IMG/VR virus record: IMGVR_UViG_3300037466_002408
DNA length: 64,000 bases
Strand: one strand, 5' to 3'
Origin: an uncultured virus (IMG/VR IMGVR_UViG_3300037466_002408)
Lineage: Duplodnaviria; Heunggongvirae; Uroviricota; Caudoviricetes
The notes under the pieces were generated by a model, which searched no databases, was not told where the DNA came from, and worked only from the letters and a program-made list of their open reading frames with translations. The position numbers and the translations under genes are program-made. This document shows, piece by piece, positions 8,496 through 18,573 of this stretch; the stretch's first letter is position 1, and every line of letters starts with the position of its first letter.

Positions 8496-9974
8496 ATGAA
8501 CGATTTCAAAATTGTGGTTCCGATTGTAAGAGCCATCAAAGACGAAAATGGCGATATGATTATCGAGGGCGTTGCTTCGACTCCCGATGTGGATAGTCAC
8601 GAAACCATCTTTAACGAGAATTGTCAGGAAGGTTTTGAAATTGATGTGAACACGAATGCTGGCACCGATGACCCTGTGGTTATCGAAGTCGAGCATCTTG
8701 GCGAAGTTGAGCCCATGAATCATCTTGGTGCTTTAACAAAAGCCAACGTTACCAATAACTCTGAGTTATTCATTCGCGCTAAGCTCGATCCTAAGAATCC
8801 CAAGGCTGTCTATTACTTCGATGTAATGTCAAATCCTGACCCCAAACTCGGCAGACCTAAGAGATTGGGTCTGTCAATTAATGGTACTGTCGAGGAAGCT
8901 CATTGGGAATACAACGAGGAACTTGGCAAACAAATTCGCGTATTTGATCGCGTTGTTCTTAAAAAAGTTGGTATTGTTCGCTCGCCTTCCAATCCTAACA
9001 CTTGGGTTGAAAAGCTTGTGAGAAGCTATAACTGGAATTCTTCAAAGGAGAATATAATGGAAGAGAATCAGACTACCCAAGACGAAGTGACCACTGTCAC
9101 CACCGAGGAAGTAACGACCGAAGTTCGTGAAGAGGTTACGGAGCCTGAAGTAACCACTGAGGAAGTTGTTTCTAACAACGGTGCTTCCGAGCCCGATGCC
9201 GAGACTGAAACTCGCACCGAGGAAACTGCTGAAGAGACTGTTGTTGAAGCGACAGAGACTCCTGTTGAGGAAGTTACCGAAACCACCGAAGTTGTTGCTG
9301 AGGAAGTTGAGACTGAGCGTTCAGAGGAAACCGCCGAAACAACCACCGAAACCGTTGAGCGCACTAGCTGCTATGCCGTCAATGACGTTCTAGTTGCTAC
9401 CGCCAATCTAGCTTCTGCTATGTCTACCCTAGAGTGGTACGCTGATTATCGTGAGTGGTCAGACAATGGCGTTGCTGATGTTGCTCGCAATATTCTCAAG
9501 GGTATGAACGCTCAAATTCCCGCTCTGCTTTCACTACTCGGCACCGAATTGCTCGCCAAGGAAGCCACCGAGGAAATGCGTGCCGCTGACGCCTCCAACA
9601 CTGAGGTTCATGAAGATCTCTCCGATGATACTGAGATTGATACCGAAGAGGAAGAGACTGTTCAGAAGTCAGCCGATGTTGATGTTGACGCTATTGTTGA
9701 AGCTGTTCGCTCCAAGTTTGCCGACGAGCTAACCACACTAACCAACAAGCTAACTGATGCCGAAAACGCCAACAAACAACTACAAGAGCGTATTGAGCGT
9801 ATGGAGAAAGAACCTACTTCAACTCCTGGTGGTCAGCTACTAAACGCCGAGGTTGTTACTCGCGAAAAGACCACTGAGGATAAGCGTAAGGAAGCAATCG
9901 CCAGAGCCAAGGCTAACAATGACGCTCACGAACTAACAAAGCTTCTATTGAATCCTAAATACCTCGGTAAGTAA
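8496..9974 (+). CDS. prohead protease fused to acidic scaffold domain
   Basis: IIEGVASTPDVDSH, EH, GLSING protease motifs; E/T-rich then coiled-coil C-terminus; precedes capsid gene. Confidence 0.85.
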   Translation: MNDFKIVVPIVRAIKDENGDMIIEGVASTPDVDSHETIFNENCQEGFEIDVNTNAGTDDPVVIEVEHLGEVEPMNHLGALTKANVTNNSELFIRAKLDPKNPKAVYYFDVMSNPDPKLGRPKRLGLSINGTVEEAHWEYNEELGKQIRVFDRVVLKKVGIVRSPSNPNTWVEKLVRSYNWNSSKENIMEENQTTQDEVTTVTTEEVTTEVREEVTEPEVTTEEVVSNNGASEPDAETETRTEETAEETVVEATETPVEEVTETTEVVAEEVETERSEETAETTTETVERTSCYAVNDVLVATANLASAMSTLEWYADYREWSDNGVADVARNILKGMNAQIPALLSLLGTELLAKEATEEMRAADASNTEVHEDLSDDTEIDTEEEETVQKSADVDVDAIVEAVRSKFADELTTLTNKLTDAENANKQLQERIERMEKEPTSTPGGQLLNAEVVTREKTTEDKRKEAIARAKANNDAHELTKLLLNPKYLGK

Positions 9975-9982
9975 ACCAAAAT

Positions 9983-10010
9983 GCCCCTGCTTCGGCAGGG
10001 GTTATTTATT
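9983..10010 (+). terminator. intrinsic terminator
   Basis: GCCCCTGC-TTCG-GCAGGGGT followed by a T-rich tail. Confidence 0.8.
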
Positions 10011-10020
10011 TGCATTAGTC

Positions 10021-10030
10021 TAAAATAAAA
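10021..10030 (+). promoter_or_regulatory. putative late promoter motif TAAAATAAA
   Basis: Recurs upstream of structural genes (8448, 10053, 11155, 19840, 23675). Confidence 0.5.
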
Positions 10031-10173
10031 CATGTTGTAATTGAATTTAATGTAAAATGAAATTCAGACACACAAATTTCTCCCGAAAGAATTCCGCTTG
10101 TAGTTAGAGCCTGAATTTTTGAGAAATGTTTAGGTAGCGTATTTCAGAAAAGACTTTTTCGAAAGGAAACGAA

Positions 10174-11094
10174 ATGTCAACTTCTAAGGAAATTATCACT
10201 CGCGCCCTAAATACCACGAACTTTGCTAACGCTATTCATGAGGATCTATCCGATCTAGTCACTATGTTGACTCCTAAGGATACCCCCCTCTTCAAGCGTC
10301 TAGCCCGTGGTAAGGCGACCGCTCTAACTCATGAGTGGATGGAAACAACTCTAACCGGCACCCTCAATGATGCGGCTTACGCCGATGGTGGTTCACCTTC
10401 AGAGCATACCAACACTCACGCTCGTCGTGGTTCAAAGGTTATGTCTCTAGGTCGTATTGCCAAGGCTTCCGAGCTAATCAATGCCACCAACACCGTTGGT
10501 CAAGACGCTTATGCGACCGAATTCCAAGAGAAGATGGTTGACCTAATGCGTGCCATTGAGTGGTTCATCTTCAATGGTGATGAGGCCAACACTGCTCCCC
10601 AGGAAATGTCCGGTCTAGTGACCCTATCAAGCGGCTTCCAGAGCGTTGCCAACGGTAATGCTGCTCTAGCCCAAGCCAAGCTTGATGAGGCCATTGTTAA
10701 GGCTTTCGACAACGGTGGCGCTCCTGACCTAATTATCGCCCGTCCTATTGTGGCTCAGCGTATTGCCGGTTTCACCGCCGACAAGATCCGCTACACCACT
10801 GGCGGTGGCGCTAACGGTCTATCAGCCGAGACTCTAACCTACCTCTCCCCTCTAGGTCCCACCCTTGAGATTCTACCCGTCCGTGCGGACTTCCTACCTT
10901 CCGGCGCTGTTTACATCGTCGAGTCCGGTAAGATCAAGCTCTGCTCACTAGGCGACGGTCCCGAGATCAAGGTCAAGGAACTACCCCTAGATGGCGACGT
11001 GGTTGCTAAGACTCTCATCAAGGCTTACCTAACCCTAGAGCTTCGTGCCCTCGGTCATCACGCCAAGGTTACGGGTGTCACCGACTCCCTCTAA
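10174..11094 (+). CDS. major capsid protein (DUF5309/SU10-like)
   Basis: EDLSDLVTMLTPKDTPLF, HEW, IEWFIFNGD; follows scaffold; strong codon bias; own terminator. Confidence 0.9.
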   Translation: MSTSKEIITRALNTTNFANAIHEDLSDLVTMLTPKDTPLFKRLARGKATALTHEWMETTLTGTLNDAAYADGGSPSEHTNTHARRGSKVMSLGRIAKASELINATNTVGQDAYATEFQEKMVDLMRAIEWFIFNGDEANTAPQEMSGLVTLSSGFQSVANGNAALAQAKLDEAIVKAFDNGGAPDLIIARPIVAQRIAGFTADKIRYTTGGGANGLSAETLTYLSPLGPTLEILPVRADFLPSGAVYIVESGKIKLCSLGDGPEIKVKELPLDGDVVAKTLIKAYLTLELRALGHHAKVTGVTDSL

Positions 11095-11115
11095 TCTGAA
11101 GCAGGTTTGAATCTG

Positions 11116-11145
11116 GTCCCGCCGAAAGGCGGGGCCTTTTTCTTT
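11116..11145 (+). terminator. intrinsic terminator
   Basis: GGTCCCGCC-GAAA-GGCGGGGCC followed by TTTTTCTTT. Confidence 0.85.
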
Positions 11146-11189
11146 ATTGCTATCTAAAATAAATTTTAGCCATTTAGAAGGATGAATGA

Positions 11190-11537
11190 ATGTCAAATCA
11201 GCGCGTCACAATTGAGATTAAACAGGGTGCAGCCTGGAAGGCCACCGTGCAAATTAAGAATGGTGGAATTGTCCGTGATCTGACTGGTTACGAGGCGCAT
11301 ATGCAATTGCGCGAAAAGGTTGGTTCGCCTGTTATTGTCGATCTAAATACCTCCAATGGATTAATCGCCATTAACACAACCAACAATACAATCTCAATTA
11401 ATATTCCCGCTGCATCCACAAAGACATTCACATTTACAAAAGCAGAATTCGACCTATTTATTGTCCCTCCTGCAAGCGACCCAGAAAAAATCCTTGAAGG
11501 TACTGCCTCGCTAATTAAATCTATTACGGTGTTCTAA
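11190..11537 (+). CDS. virion structural/adaptor protein (beta-rich)
   Basis: IKQGA..DLTGYEAHMQLR..YD-like FDL..KILEG pattern common before fibre genes. Confidence 0.6.
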   Translation: MSNQRVTIEIKQGAAWKATVQIKNGGIVRDLTGYEAHMQLREKVGSPVIVDLNTSNGLIAINTTNNTISINIPAASTKTFTFTKAEFDLFIVPPASDPEKILEGTASLIKSITVF

Positions 11538-14500
11538 TGGATAGTCAAGTTTTCATCAATCTTGAAACCACAGAGGTAACTCTAACCACTGAGGTTGACG
11601 GCGTATCCAAAACATTAGTTGTTTATACTGACGAGAACACTAATTACGATGTTGTTCAAATGAATGTTGGCCCTGCTGGTCCTGTTGGACCTCAGGGTAT
11701 TCAAGGTATTCAGGGTCAAGTTGGTCCTGCTGGTCCGAAGGGTGATAAGGGTGATCGTGGATCACAAGGTCCTCAGGGCCTAATTGGTCCTGCTGGTCCT
11801 CAGGGTATTCAAGGTGAGCCTGGTCCTCAGGGTCCGAAGGGTGATGTTGGTCCTCAGGGTTTAATTGGTCTAACCGGCCCGCAGGGGCCTAAAGGGGACA
11901 AAGGCGATCAAGGTATCCAAGGCATCCAAGGTCCAAAGGGTGATACTGGCCCTGCCGGTCCTCAAGGTATTAAAGGCGATCAGGGTATTCAAGGTCCTGC
12001 TGGTCCCCAAGGCCCGCAAGGACTTCAAGGCCTCCAAGGTCCAAAAGGCGACAAGGGTGATAAGGGCGATGCTGGCCCTCAGGGTATCCAGGGCTTAACT
12101 GGTGCAACTGGCGCTACTGGACCCGCTGGCCCGAAGGGTGATCAAGGTATTCAAGGCCCCAAGGGTGACGCTGGACCTCAAGGTATTCAGGGAATTCAGG
12201 GTCTTAAGGGAGATAAAGGTGACAAAGGTGACGCCGGTCCTGCTGGTGCCACGGGTGCTACAGGCGCTACCGGACCTCAAGGCCCTGCCGGTCCTAAAGG
12301 CGATCAGGGAATTCAGGGTCCGAAGGGTGATCAGGGGCCTCAAGGCATCCAAGGCCCTCAGGGAATCGCCGGAACAAACGGCACCAACGGTAAAGACGGA
12401 GCAACAATTAGATATGGTACCTCGACTCCTAATGATTTAGTTGGCGTTGATGGTGACCATTATATCAACACATCTACTTGGCATTGGTTTACCAGAGAGA
12501 GTGGTGTTTATTTTGACAAGGGTCTAATTTCGCCCGTAAGAAGTGTTAATTCAAAACTAGGCGCTGTTGTTTTAAATACTGATGACATTGGAGAGGGTTT
12601 AATTAACCAATATTGGACTACCTCTCGCTTTGACACACGCTTCAGCGCTTCTCTGACAGATTCAGTCATCACTTCAGTTTTGGGTTACACGCCTGAAAAT
12701 GCCGCAAACAAAGGCGCTGCTAACGGCTATGCCCCTCTAAATTCAAGCTCACAAATTGACGTTTCTTATCTTCCTGTTGCTCTACTCGGTGGTTTGAATT
12801 ACCGAGGCACTTGGGATGCGTCTACAAATACTCCTGTGATTCCTGCTGCCGATATGGCGCTCAACAAAGGTCACTACTACAAGGTTTCTGTGGCTGGCAA
12901 TACTACAATTGATGGTATCTCAGAGTGGAAGATTGGCGATTGGATTGTTAGTAATGGCTCTTTCTGGGATAAGATTGATAATACCGATCTCGTTTCTTCC
13001 GTTAATGGATACAGCGGTGCTATCACTCTAACTACCTCGGATATTGCCGAAGGTAGTAATCAGTATTGGACCAATGCCAGATTTGACACAAAATTCGCCG
13101 CAAAAACAACCGACGACCTAACAGAAGGCGCAAACCTTTACTACACACAAACAAGATTCGATAATGCATTCTCTGGTAAGACTACAGCTGATCTTACTGA
13201 GGGAGCCAATTTGTATTGGACAGATTCAAGATTCGATACTCGCCTAGCCACAAAAACAACCTCAAACATTGCTGAGGGTTCTAACCTATATTGGACAACA
13301 ACTCGCTCTGTTGGTGACACACAACTTTCTTCAAATGTACCTCTAAAAAACACGGCTAACTCTTTCGGCGCTCTTAACACATTTACTGGCGGCATCACTG
13401 TTAACGCAACGGCGGCAACAGTGGGATGGCTTGTGCTGCAAAATAACTCTGCTGGCGCAAAAAACCTAACCACACCTTCTGTCTATGGTACAACAACAAC
13501 TGGAACCTCTTGGCCTTATACTGAGGCTGGACACCTTGTTTTTGAGCCTAGACTATCTGGTGCTACTCGCACTATTGTAATGGTTAATGCTTCTGGAACC
13601 CCGTATGCTGTATTCAACCCTAGTGTTTCAGGACTAAGACTTGGCACAGGCATTACAGATGGTTCTGTGAATGCCAAATTGGAAGCTCGCGACACAGCCA
13701 GCCAAATCGCTTTTGGTACTGCTGCCGATCAAGGTTTCTTAACTGCTCAAGGTGGTTTTTCAGCCCTAACAAGTGGTTCTAACTACAATGGCGCCAATTG
13801 GGTTGCTCGTCAAACAAATGCTGCCGCAATTCAAGTAGTTAATACTGGAAGCATTCGTTTCAATATTGATTCATCGAGCGCACTTGTAACGGGAGGTATT
13901 TTCACTCCAACTGAAATCGCCAGATTCACACCCAATGGTTTGTCTGTTGGTATGACCGCTAATTCTGCTGCTAAGTTGGAAGTTCAGGACTCTACCGGCG
14001 CTTCACAAATTGCATTTGGCGCTGGTGCTGGTCAAGCATATTTGCGTGGGTCTTCTGCCAACGCGAACTTGTTTTATGGTTACACCTACGACGGTTCTAA
14101 TTTTGTTGCTAAGCAAACAATTTCTGGTGGCTACACCATCAATAATAGTGGTACCGCTTGGCAACACATTTGGTATGGCAACACAGGTTTGACAGCAGGA
14201 ACTACAATGTCACCTGGCGAGCAAATGAAACTGCTTGCTACTGGCCTTGGTATTGGAATGACTCCTGCCGCCAAACTTGATGTTAATGGCGTTGGCCGCT
14301 TTAGTGGTACAACATCACCAACTTCGGGTGTTGGTATTGAATTTGGTCACGATGGAACAAATGGTTATGTAACATCATATGACCGCACCGCCGCCTCATA
14401 CAAGGGCGTTATTTACAACGGCAGCACTCACAATTTTAAAATCGCAAATGTAAATAAATTTACCGTTGACACTTGGAACACAAGTGCTACAACATTGCAG

Positions 14501-14989
14501 GTAACGGGACAAAATGACCCCACAACTGGCCAAGGTATCGAATTGCTTTACGCTGGTACAACTGGCGTAATTCAAGCTTATGATCGTGGCGGTTCTGCTT
14601 GGAAAAATCTAAGTATCAAAGGTAATTCAATTTATCTAAACAAAGCTGGTGTTGATAAGCTTGCCATTGATGGAAACGGCGTATCCGTCATTAATGCTGT
14701 AAACTACACCGTTACAATCGTTACAACAAACACTTTAACAGTAGATACAACACATAACAGAATTATTTCTAACCCTACTGTCGCCGGTGCTGTTACGATC
14801 ACTCTTCCTCTCGCTCCTGTCACTGGCCGAGAAATCGTCATCAAAGACGGCAAGGGTGATGCTGCAACAAATAATATTACTATTAGCGGAAACGGTAAAA
14901 CCATTGACGGAAATGCCAACTTCGTAATCAACAATAACTATGACTCAGTAACCATCATTTACAACGGAACTCAGTGGAACATTATCTAA
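11537..14989 (+). CDS. collagen-repeat fibre protein (possibly a head fibre)
   Basis: About 240 aa of Gly-X-Y triplets, EGxNLYWT repeats, beta-rich fibre domains. Confidence 0.85.
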   Translation: MDSQVFINLETTEVTLTTEVDGVSKTLVVYTDENTNYDVVQMNVGPAGPVGPQGIQGIQGQVGPAGPKGDKGDRGSQGPQGLIGPAGPQGIQGEPGPQGPKGDVGPQGLIGLTGPQGPKGDKGDQGIQGIQGPKGDTGPAGPQGIKGDQGIQGPAGPQGPQGLQGLQGPKGDKGDKGDAGPQGIQGLTGATGATGPAGPKGDQGIQGPKGDAGPQGIQGIQGLKGDKGDKGDAGPAGATGATGATGPQGPAGPKGDQGIQGPKGDQGPQGIQGPQGIAGTNGTNGKDGATIRYGTSTPNDLVGVDGDHYINTSTWHWFTRESGVYFDKGLISPVRSVNSKLGAVVLNTDDIGEGLINQYWTTSRFDTRFSASLTDSVITSVLGYTPENAANKGAANGYAPLNSSSQIDVSYLPVALLGGLNYRGTWDASTNTPVIPAADMALNKGHYYKVSVAGNTTIDGISEWKIGDWIVSNGSFWDKIDNTDLVSSVNGYSGAITLTTSDIAEGSNQYWTNARFDTKFAAKTTDDLTEGANLYYTQTRFDNAFSGKTTADLTEGANLYWTDSRFDTRLATKTTSNIAEGSNLYWTTTRSVGDTQLSSNVPLKNTANSFGALNTFTGGITVNATAATVGWLVLQNNSAGAKNLTTPSVYGTTTTGTSWPYTEAGHLVFEPRLSGATRTIVMVNASGTPYAVFNPSVSGLRLGTGITDGSVNAKLEARDTASQIAFGTAADQGFLTAQGGFSALTSGSNYNGANWVARQTNAAAIQVVNTGSIRFNIDSSSALVTGGIFTPTEIARFTPNGLSVGMTANSAAKLEVQDSTGASQIAFGAGAGQAYLRGSSANANLFYGYTYDGSNFVAKQTISGGYTINNSGTAWQHIWYGNTGLTAGTTMSPGEQMKLLATGLGIGMTPAAKLDVNGVGRFSGTTSPTSGVGIEFGHDGTNGYVTSYDRTAASYKGVIYNGSTHNFKIANVNKFTVDTWNTSATTLQVTGQNDPTTGQGIELLYAGTTGVIQAYDRGGSAWKNLSIKGNSIYLNKAGVDKLAIDGNGVSVINAVNYTVTIVTTNTLTVDTTHNRIISNPTVAGAVTITLPLAPVTGREIVIKDGKGDAATNNITISGNGKTIDGNANFVINNNYDSVTIIYNGTQWNII

Positions 14990-14998
14990 GGAAAAACA

Positions 14999-16582
14999 AT
15001 GAGTTATATTAAAAGTGTAGTAACAAATTCAGATAGCGTTCCAGAGGGTTCTACTAACCTTTATTGGACCAATGCTCGCTTTGACACCCGATTTGCATCG
15101 GGCGGTACATTCACAGGCAATTTAAACATTAACGGCGGCACCACAACACTAGGTGCCGCTGGATTCAACTTGATTAATTGGGGCGCTGTTGGTTTAGCCG
15201 CACCCACAATGACTAGCCGTTCAAACGGAACAAAAGTGGTTCTTTGGAATAATCTTGATGCCACTCATGTTGATTTTGCATTAGGTATTGAGTCCGGTGC
15301 TTTGTGGCGTTCCGTCCCTCAAGCATCCACTAGTTATCACCACAAGTGGTATGGTGGCACGACAGAATTGATGCGTTTGAATTCTGCTGGTCTAATGATT
15401 GGTTCGGCTTCAAATGCCGCCACCCAACTTGAAGTAATTAATCCTTCTGGTAGCGCGGCTCAGATTGCCTTTGGCAACACAACTAACCGAGCCTTCTTAC
15501 ACGCAAACAGCATTCAATTGAACACGATGTATGGTGCCTATCACGATGGCACTAACTATATCGCTAAGCAAACCCAAGCCAATATTTTCCAGGCCAACGG
15601 AGCTACCACCAACGACTTCCGTTGGTGCATTGATACTGGCTTGACTCTCAACCTTAGTTTTACGCCCACTGAGCGTATGCGCTTAACCGCTTCTGGTCTA
15701 GTGATTGGCGCGGGCATCGCACCGAATGCAAAGCTGGAAACTGTTGACTCAACTGGTGCTTCACAAATCGCATTTGGTCAAGGCGGAAGTGGTCAGGGCT
15801 TTCTAAAAGCAAGTACCTCAAACACTCAGTTGTTTTGGGGAGCCACTTTTGATGGAACAAATTACGTAGCCAAGCAAACATCATCTGGTATTCAATCACA
15901 AAATGGCTCTGGAATTTTCTGGTATTTGAACACAGGATTGACAGTTGGTTCTACATTTACCCCGACTGAGGTTGCCAGACTAACCACATCAGGTATTGGA
16001 ATCGGGATGGCCCCTGCTGCCAAACTTGATGTTAACGGCGTAGCCCGAGTTGTTAGTACCGGCGCTCCTACTTCTGGCTCTGGCGTTGAAATTCATTTTG
16101 CGTCATCCGAAGGTACTATTCAAGCATTTGACCGCACGGCTGTTGCTGATAAGGTTCTCAATATTCGTGGTTCTGCCGTAAACTTTAAAGCTGGAAGTAC
16201 AATCAAAGCTACTGTTGATAGTTCTGGCTTAACTGTAACAGGAACACTTAACGCAACCAACTTGGTTGGTGATGGTTCAGGCATTACCAATCTTATGCCT
16301 GCTGTTACCGTGTACACTAGCGATCCAGCTACACTATCCACGGCCAACCAAATCGTCGTAATCAACAAAACTGTAGCAGGTGCTACAACTGTAACGCTTC
16401 CTGCTTCTCCTGCCGCCAACCAACAAGTAACCATTAAGGATGGACTGGGAGATTCCGCCACAAACAACATTACAATTAACGGCAATGGTAAAACAATTGA
16501 TGGTTCATCTACTAAAGTAATTAGTACAAACTACAATTCATATACCCTTGTCTACAACGGCACCCAGTGGAATATCCTCTAA
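14999..16582 (+). CDS. fibre protein, paralog of the C-terminal part of 11537..14989
   Basis: Shared DSTGASQIAFG, PAAKLDVNG and C-terminal YNGTQWNI motifs. Confidence 0.8.
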   Translation: MSYIKSVVTNSDSVPEGSTNLYWTNARFDTRFASGGTFTGNLNINGGTTTLGAAGFNLINWGAVGLAAPTMTSRSNGTKVVLWNNLDATHVDFALGIESGALWRSVPQASTSYHHKWYGGTTELMRLNSAGLMIGSASNAATQLEVINPSGSAAQIAFGNTTNRAFLHANSIQLNTMYGAYHDGTNYIAKQTQANIFQANGATTNDFRWCIDTGLTLNLSFTPTERMRLTASGLVIGAGIAPNAKLETVDSTGASQIAFGQGGSGQGFLKASTSNTQLFWGATFDGTNYVAKQTSSGIQSQNGSGIFWYLNTGLTVGSTFTPTEVARLTTSGIGIGMAPAAKLDVNGVARVVSTGAPTSGSGVEIHFASSEGTIQAFDRTAVADKVLNIRGSAVNFKAGSTIKATVDSSGLTVTGTLNATNLVGDGSGITNLMPAVTVYTSDPATLSTANQIVVINKTVAGATTVTLPASPAANQQVTIKDGLGDSATNNITINGNGKTIDGSSTKVISTNYNSYTLVYNGTQWNIL

Positions 16583-16592
16583 GGAGATTACC

Positions 16593-17507
16593 GTGAGTTA
16601 TAATACCATCAACAGTGCCCCGGTCAGGCAAACTATCATCTCCTGTGCTATGGGTTCCACGGGTCTTGGCAGTTTTCTTGCTATTGGCACCGGATTGGCT
16701 GTTAACTTGTCGGCTGTACCACTCAACCTCACTTGGGCCAACGGCTTCAATAATGTGACCGGACAGCCTGTTGATTTTTACGTTAGTGTATCGGCCACGG
16801 TAACTGGCGCGTGGAGCGGATTGACGGCAAGTTCCACTTGCTACCTCTACGTCGACTACAACAGCGGCACGCCTAGCTATGGCTTCTCAGTCCTTGCTCC
16901 GCTGTATCAGCCTACCGCGCCTGGTTCGCCCGCTACGGGCCAGCATTGGTTTGATACCACCGTCTTCCTGATGAAGTCGTGGAGCGGTTCGGCTTGGACG
17001 ACTGTCTATCGGGTGTTCGTTGGCGTGGCTGTCACTGGTGCCTCGACCGTTACCTCTGTCACGGCCTTCCCGCCCAAGAATCGCACCCACGTCATCGCCC
17101 GCCGAGCAGCTAATATGGCCGTGACCGCCAATGTCGGCTTTCTCGTCCCGTTTGATACGCGCACCCGCGACGAACTCTACGAGCTTGATATCACCAACGG
17201 TCGCGTCAACATCAAACGCTCGGGATGGTATCTCGTCACTGGCGCTATGTACCTCTCCTCCGTTCCCTCGGGGACAAACGTGGTGCTTGCCTCGATTACC
17301 GTGAACGGGTCGGAAGTGGCGCGCGCCGCTCAGATTGCCACCACGGTCAACGCCGTCTACTCTGAGGCGTGCAGCGCCACGCTCTACCTCAACGCGGGCG
17401 ATTACGTCAACCTTGGGGGCTGGAGCAGCGCCAACTGCACCCTGAACAGCACCGATATCGGGGCTTATACCAACCAGCTTATAGTGGTTGGCCTCGACAA
17501 CTTGTAA
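16593..17507 (+). CDS. fibre/receptor-binding protein with possible C1q-like C-terminal domain
   Basis: GTG start after AAGGAG; PATGQHWFDT; SGWYLVT...LYLNAGDYV. Confidence 0.65.
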   Translation: MSYNTINSAPVRQTIISCAMGSTGLGSFLAIGTGLAVNLSAVPLNLTWANGFNNVTGQPVDFYVSVSATVTGAWSGLTASSTCYLYVDYNSGTPSYGFSVLAPLYQPTAPGSPATGQHWFDTTVFLMKSWSGSAWTTVYRVFVGVAVTGASTVTSVTAFPPKNRTHVIARRAANMAVTANVGFLVPFDTRTRDELYELDITNGRVNIKRSGWYLVTGAMYLSSVPSGTNVVLASITVNGSEVARAAQIATTVNAVYSEACSATLYLNAGDYVNLGGWSSANCTLNSTDIGAYTNQLIVVGLDNL

Positions 17508-17566
17508 GGAAGTTGCAAGCATCGTAACTAAACTAATTATTGTAAATTTGCCGAAAAGAGACAATA

Positions 17567-18172
17567 ATGCCTAGTCAATACGTAACTTACTCTGAATTCC
17601 TCAATTCGCCTTATGGAATTGATTATCAGCCTGGCGATTCTATTTTTACAGATACGAATGATATCGACGCTTTCTTAACGTCGATTTCTGCGCTTGTTGA
17701 TATGTATTGCAGCAGAACTTTCGATGTTGTTCAATACGCCCAAGAGGTATCTGACTGTAAGCGAGACTTCATCTATCTAGATGTTATTCCTGCGACCGGC
17801 ATTATCTCGGTGACTTACGAGAATATTGATGGTTCCTCTTCTGGTGTTTTGGCGAATTATCGCCTAAACAAAACCACAGGCAAACTTCGTTTCACAGATT
17901 ACCTAAATCCTGACCTAATCTACACAGTCAATTATGTGGCCGGTTATCCTACCATTCCTGAGCCCATTAGAGTTGCTACTTTGATGTGGGCGAATATCGC
18001 CGCTCAACAAGTTGATAACGGTGCTGTCGCTGTCGTTGATGGTGGTACAAACACTCAGTTCAGATTCAATAAATTTTGGGAAGCTTACTCAGACCCTCGT
18101 CAGCGTCAAGTCAACGACATTCCTCCTACCGTTGAAGCAATCCTTAAACGATTCAAGTACCTTAAAGCATAA
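17567..18172 (+). CDS. head-tail adaptor/connector
   Basis: SALVDMYCSRTF, YVAGYPTIPEPIRVAT, IPPTVEAIL. Confidence 0.75.
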   Translation: MPSQYVTYSEFLNSPYGIDYQPGDSIFTDTNDIDAFLTSISALVDMYCSRTFDVVQYAQEVSDCKRDFIYLDVIPATGIISVTYENIDGSSSGVLANYRLNKTTGKLRFTDYLNPDLIYTVNYVAGYPTIPEPIRVATLMWANIAAQQVDNGAVAVVDGGTNTQFRFNKFWEAYSDPRQRQVNDIPPTVEAILKRFKYLKA

Positions 18173-18573
18173 TGACTAACGGAAATTCACTAAAGAGAAA
18201 ACTGAACAAAAAGATTATCAAGAAGTACGGCATTGACACCGTACTCTTGCGCTTTGATTCGGCAAATGTAGAGCTTGATGGATATGGCGAGCCCATTTCA
18301 CCATCTGGTGCCGTATTTAAACAAATCCCTGTTCGCATTGTGGTTGACCAAGATAGACGAATCAACGAGGAAACTGAGCTTGGCGGATTGCCCTCAAGCA
18401 AAGAGTTTATGTATTTCTACGTTGCTGGCGATGTTGATATCAAAACCAGCGACAAACTGATTTATCCGCCAAACACAGAAAATGAATGGTTGGTTTATAG
18501 ACTAGAGCTTAACCCCTACAGGGGCGTTAATGTTATTACCGAAGTAAGAGCTTCACGCGACAAGAGATACTAA
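18172..18573 (+). CDS. head closure / neck protein
   Basis: Position after adaptor; LDGYGEP, DIKTSDKL motifs. Confidence 0.6.
   Translation: MTNGNSLKRKLNKKIIKKYGIDTVLLRFDSANVELDGYGEPISPSGAVFKQIPVRIVVDQDRRINEETELGGLPSSKEFMYFYVAGDVDIKTSDKLIYPPNTENEWLVYRLELNPYRGVNVITEVRASRDKRY

Noticed and set aside
11670..12400. Repetitive DNA as a possible array
   Set aside because: Explained by Gly-X-Y collagen coding with synonymous variation
13900..16582. Diversity-generating retroelement from similar segments in the two fibre genes
   Set aside because: Differences are synonymous and not adenine-specific, and no reverse transcriptase is present in the window
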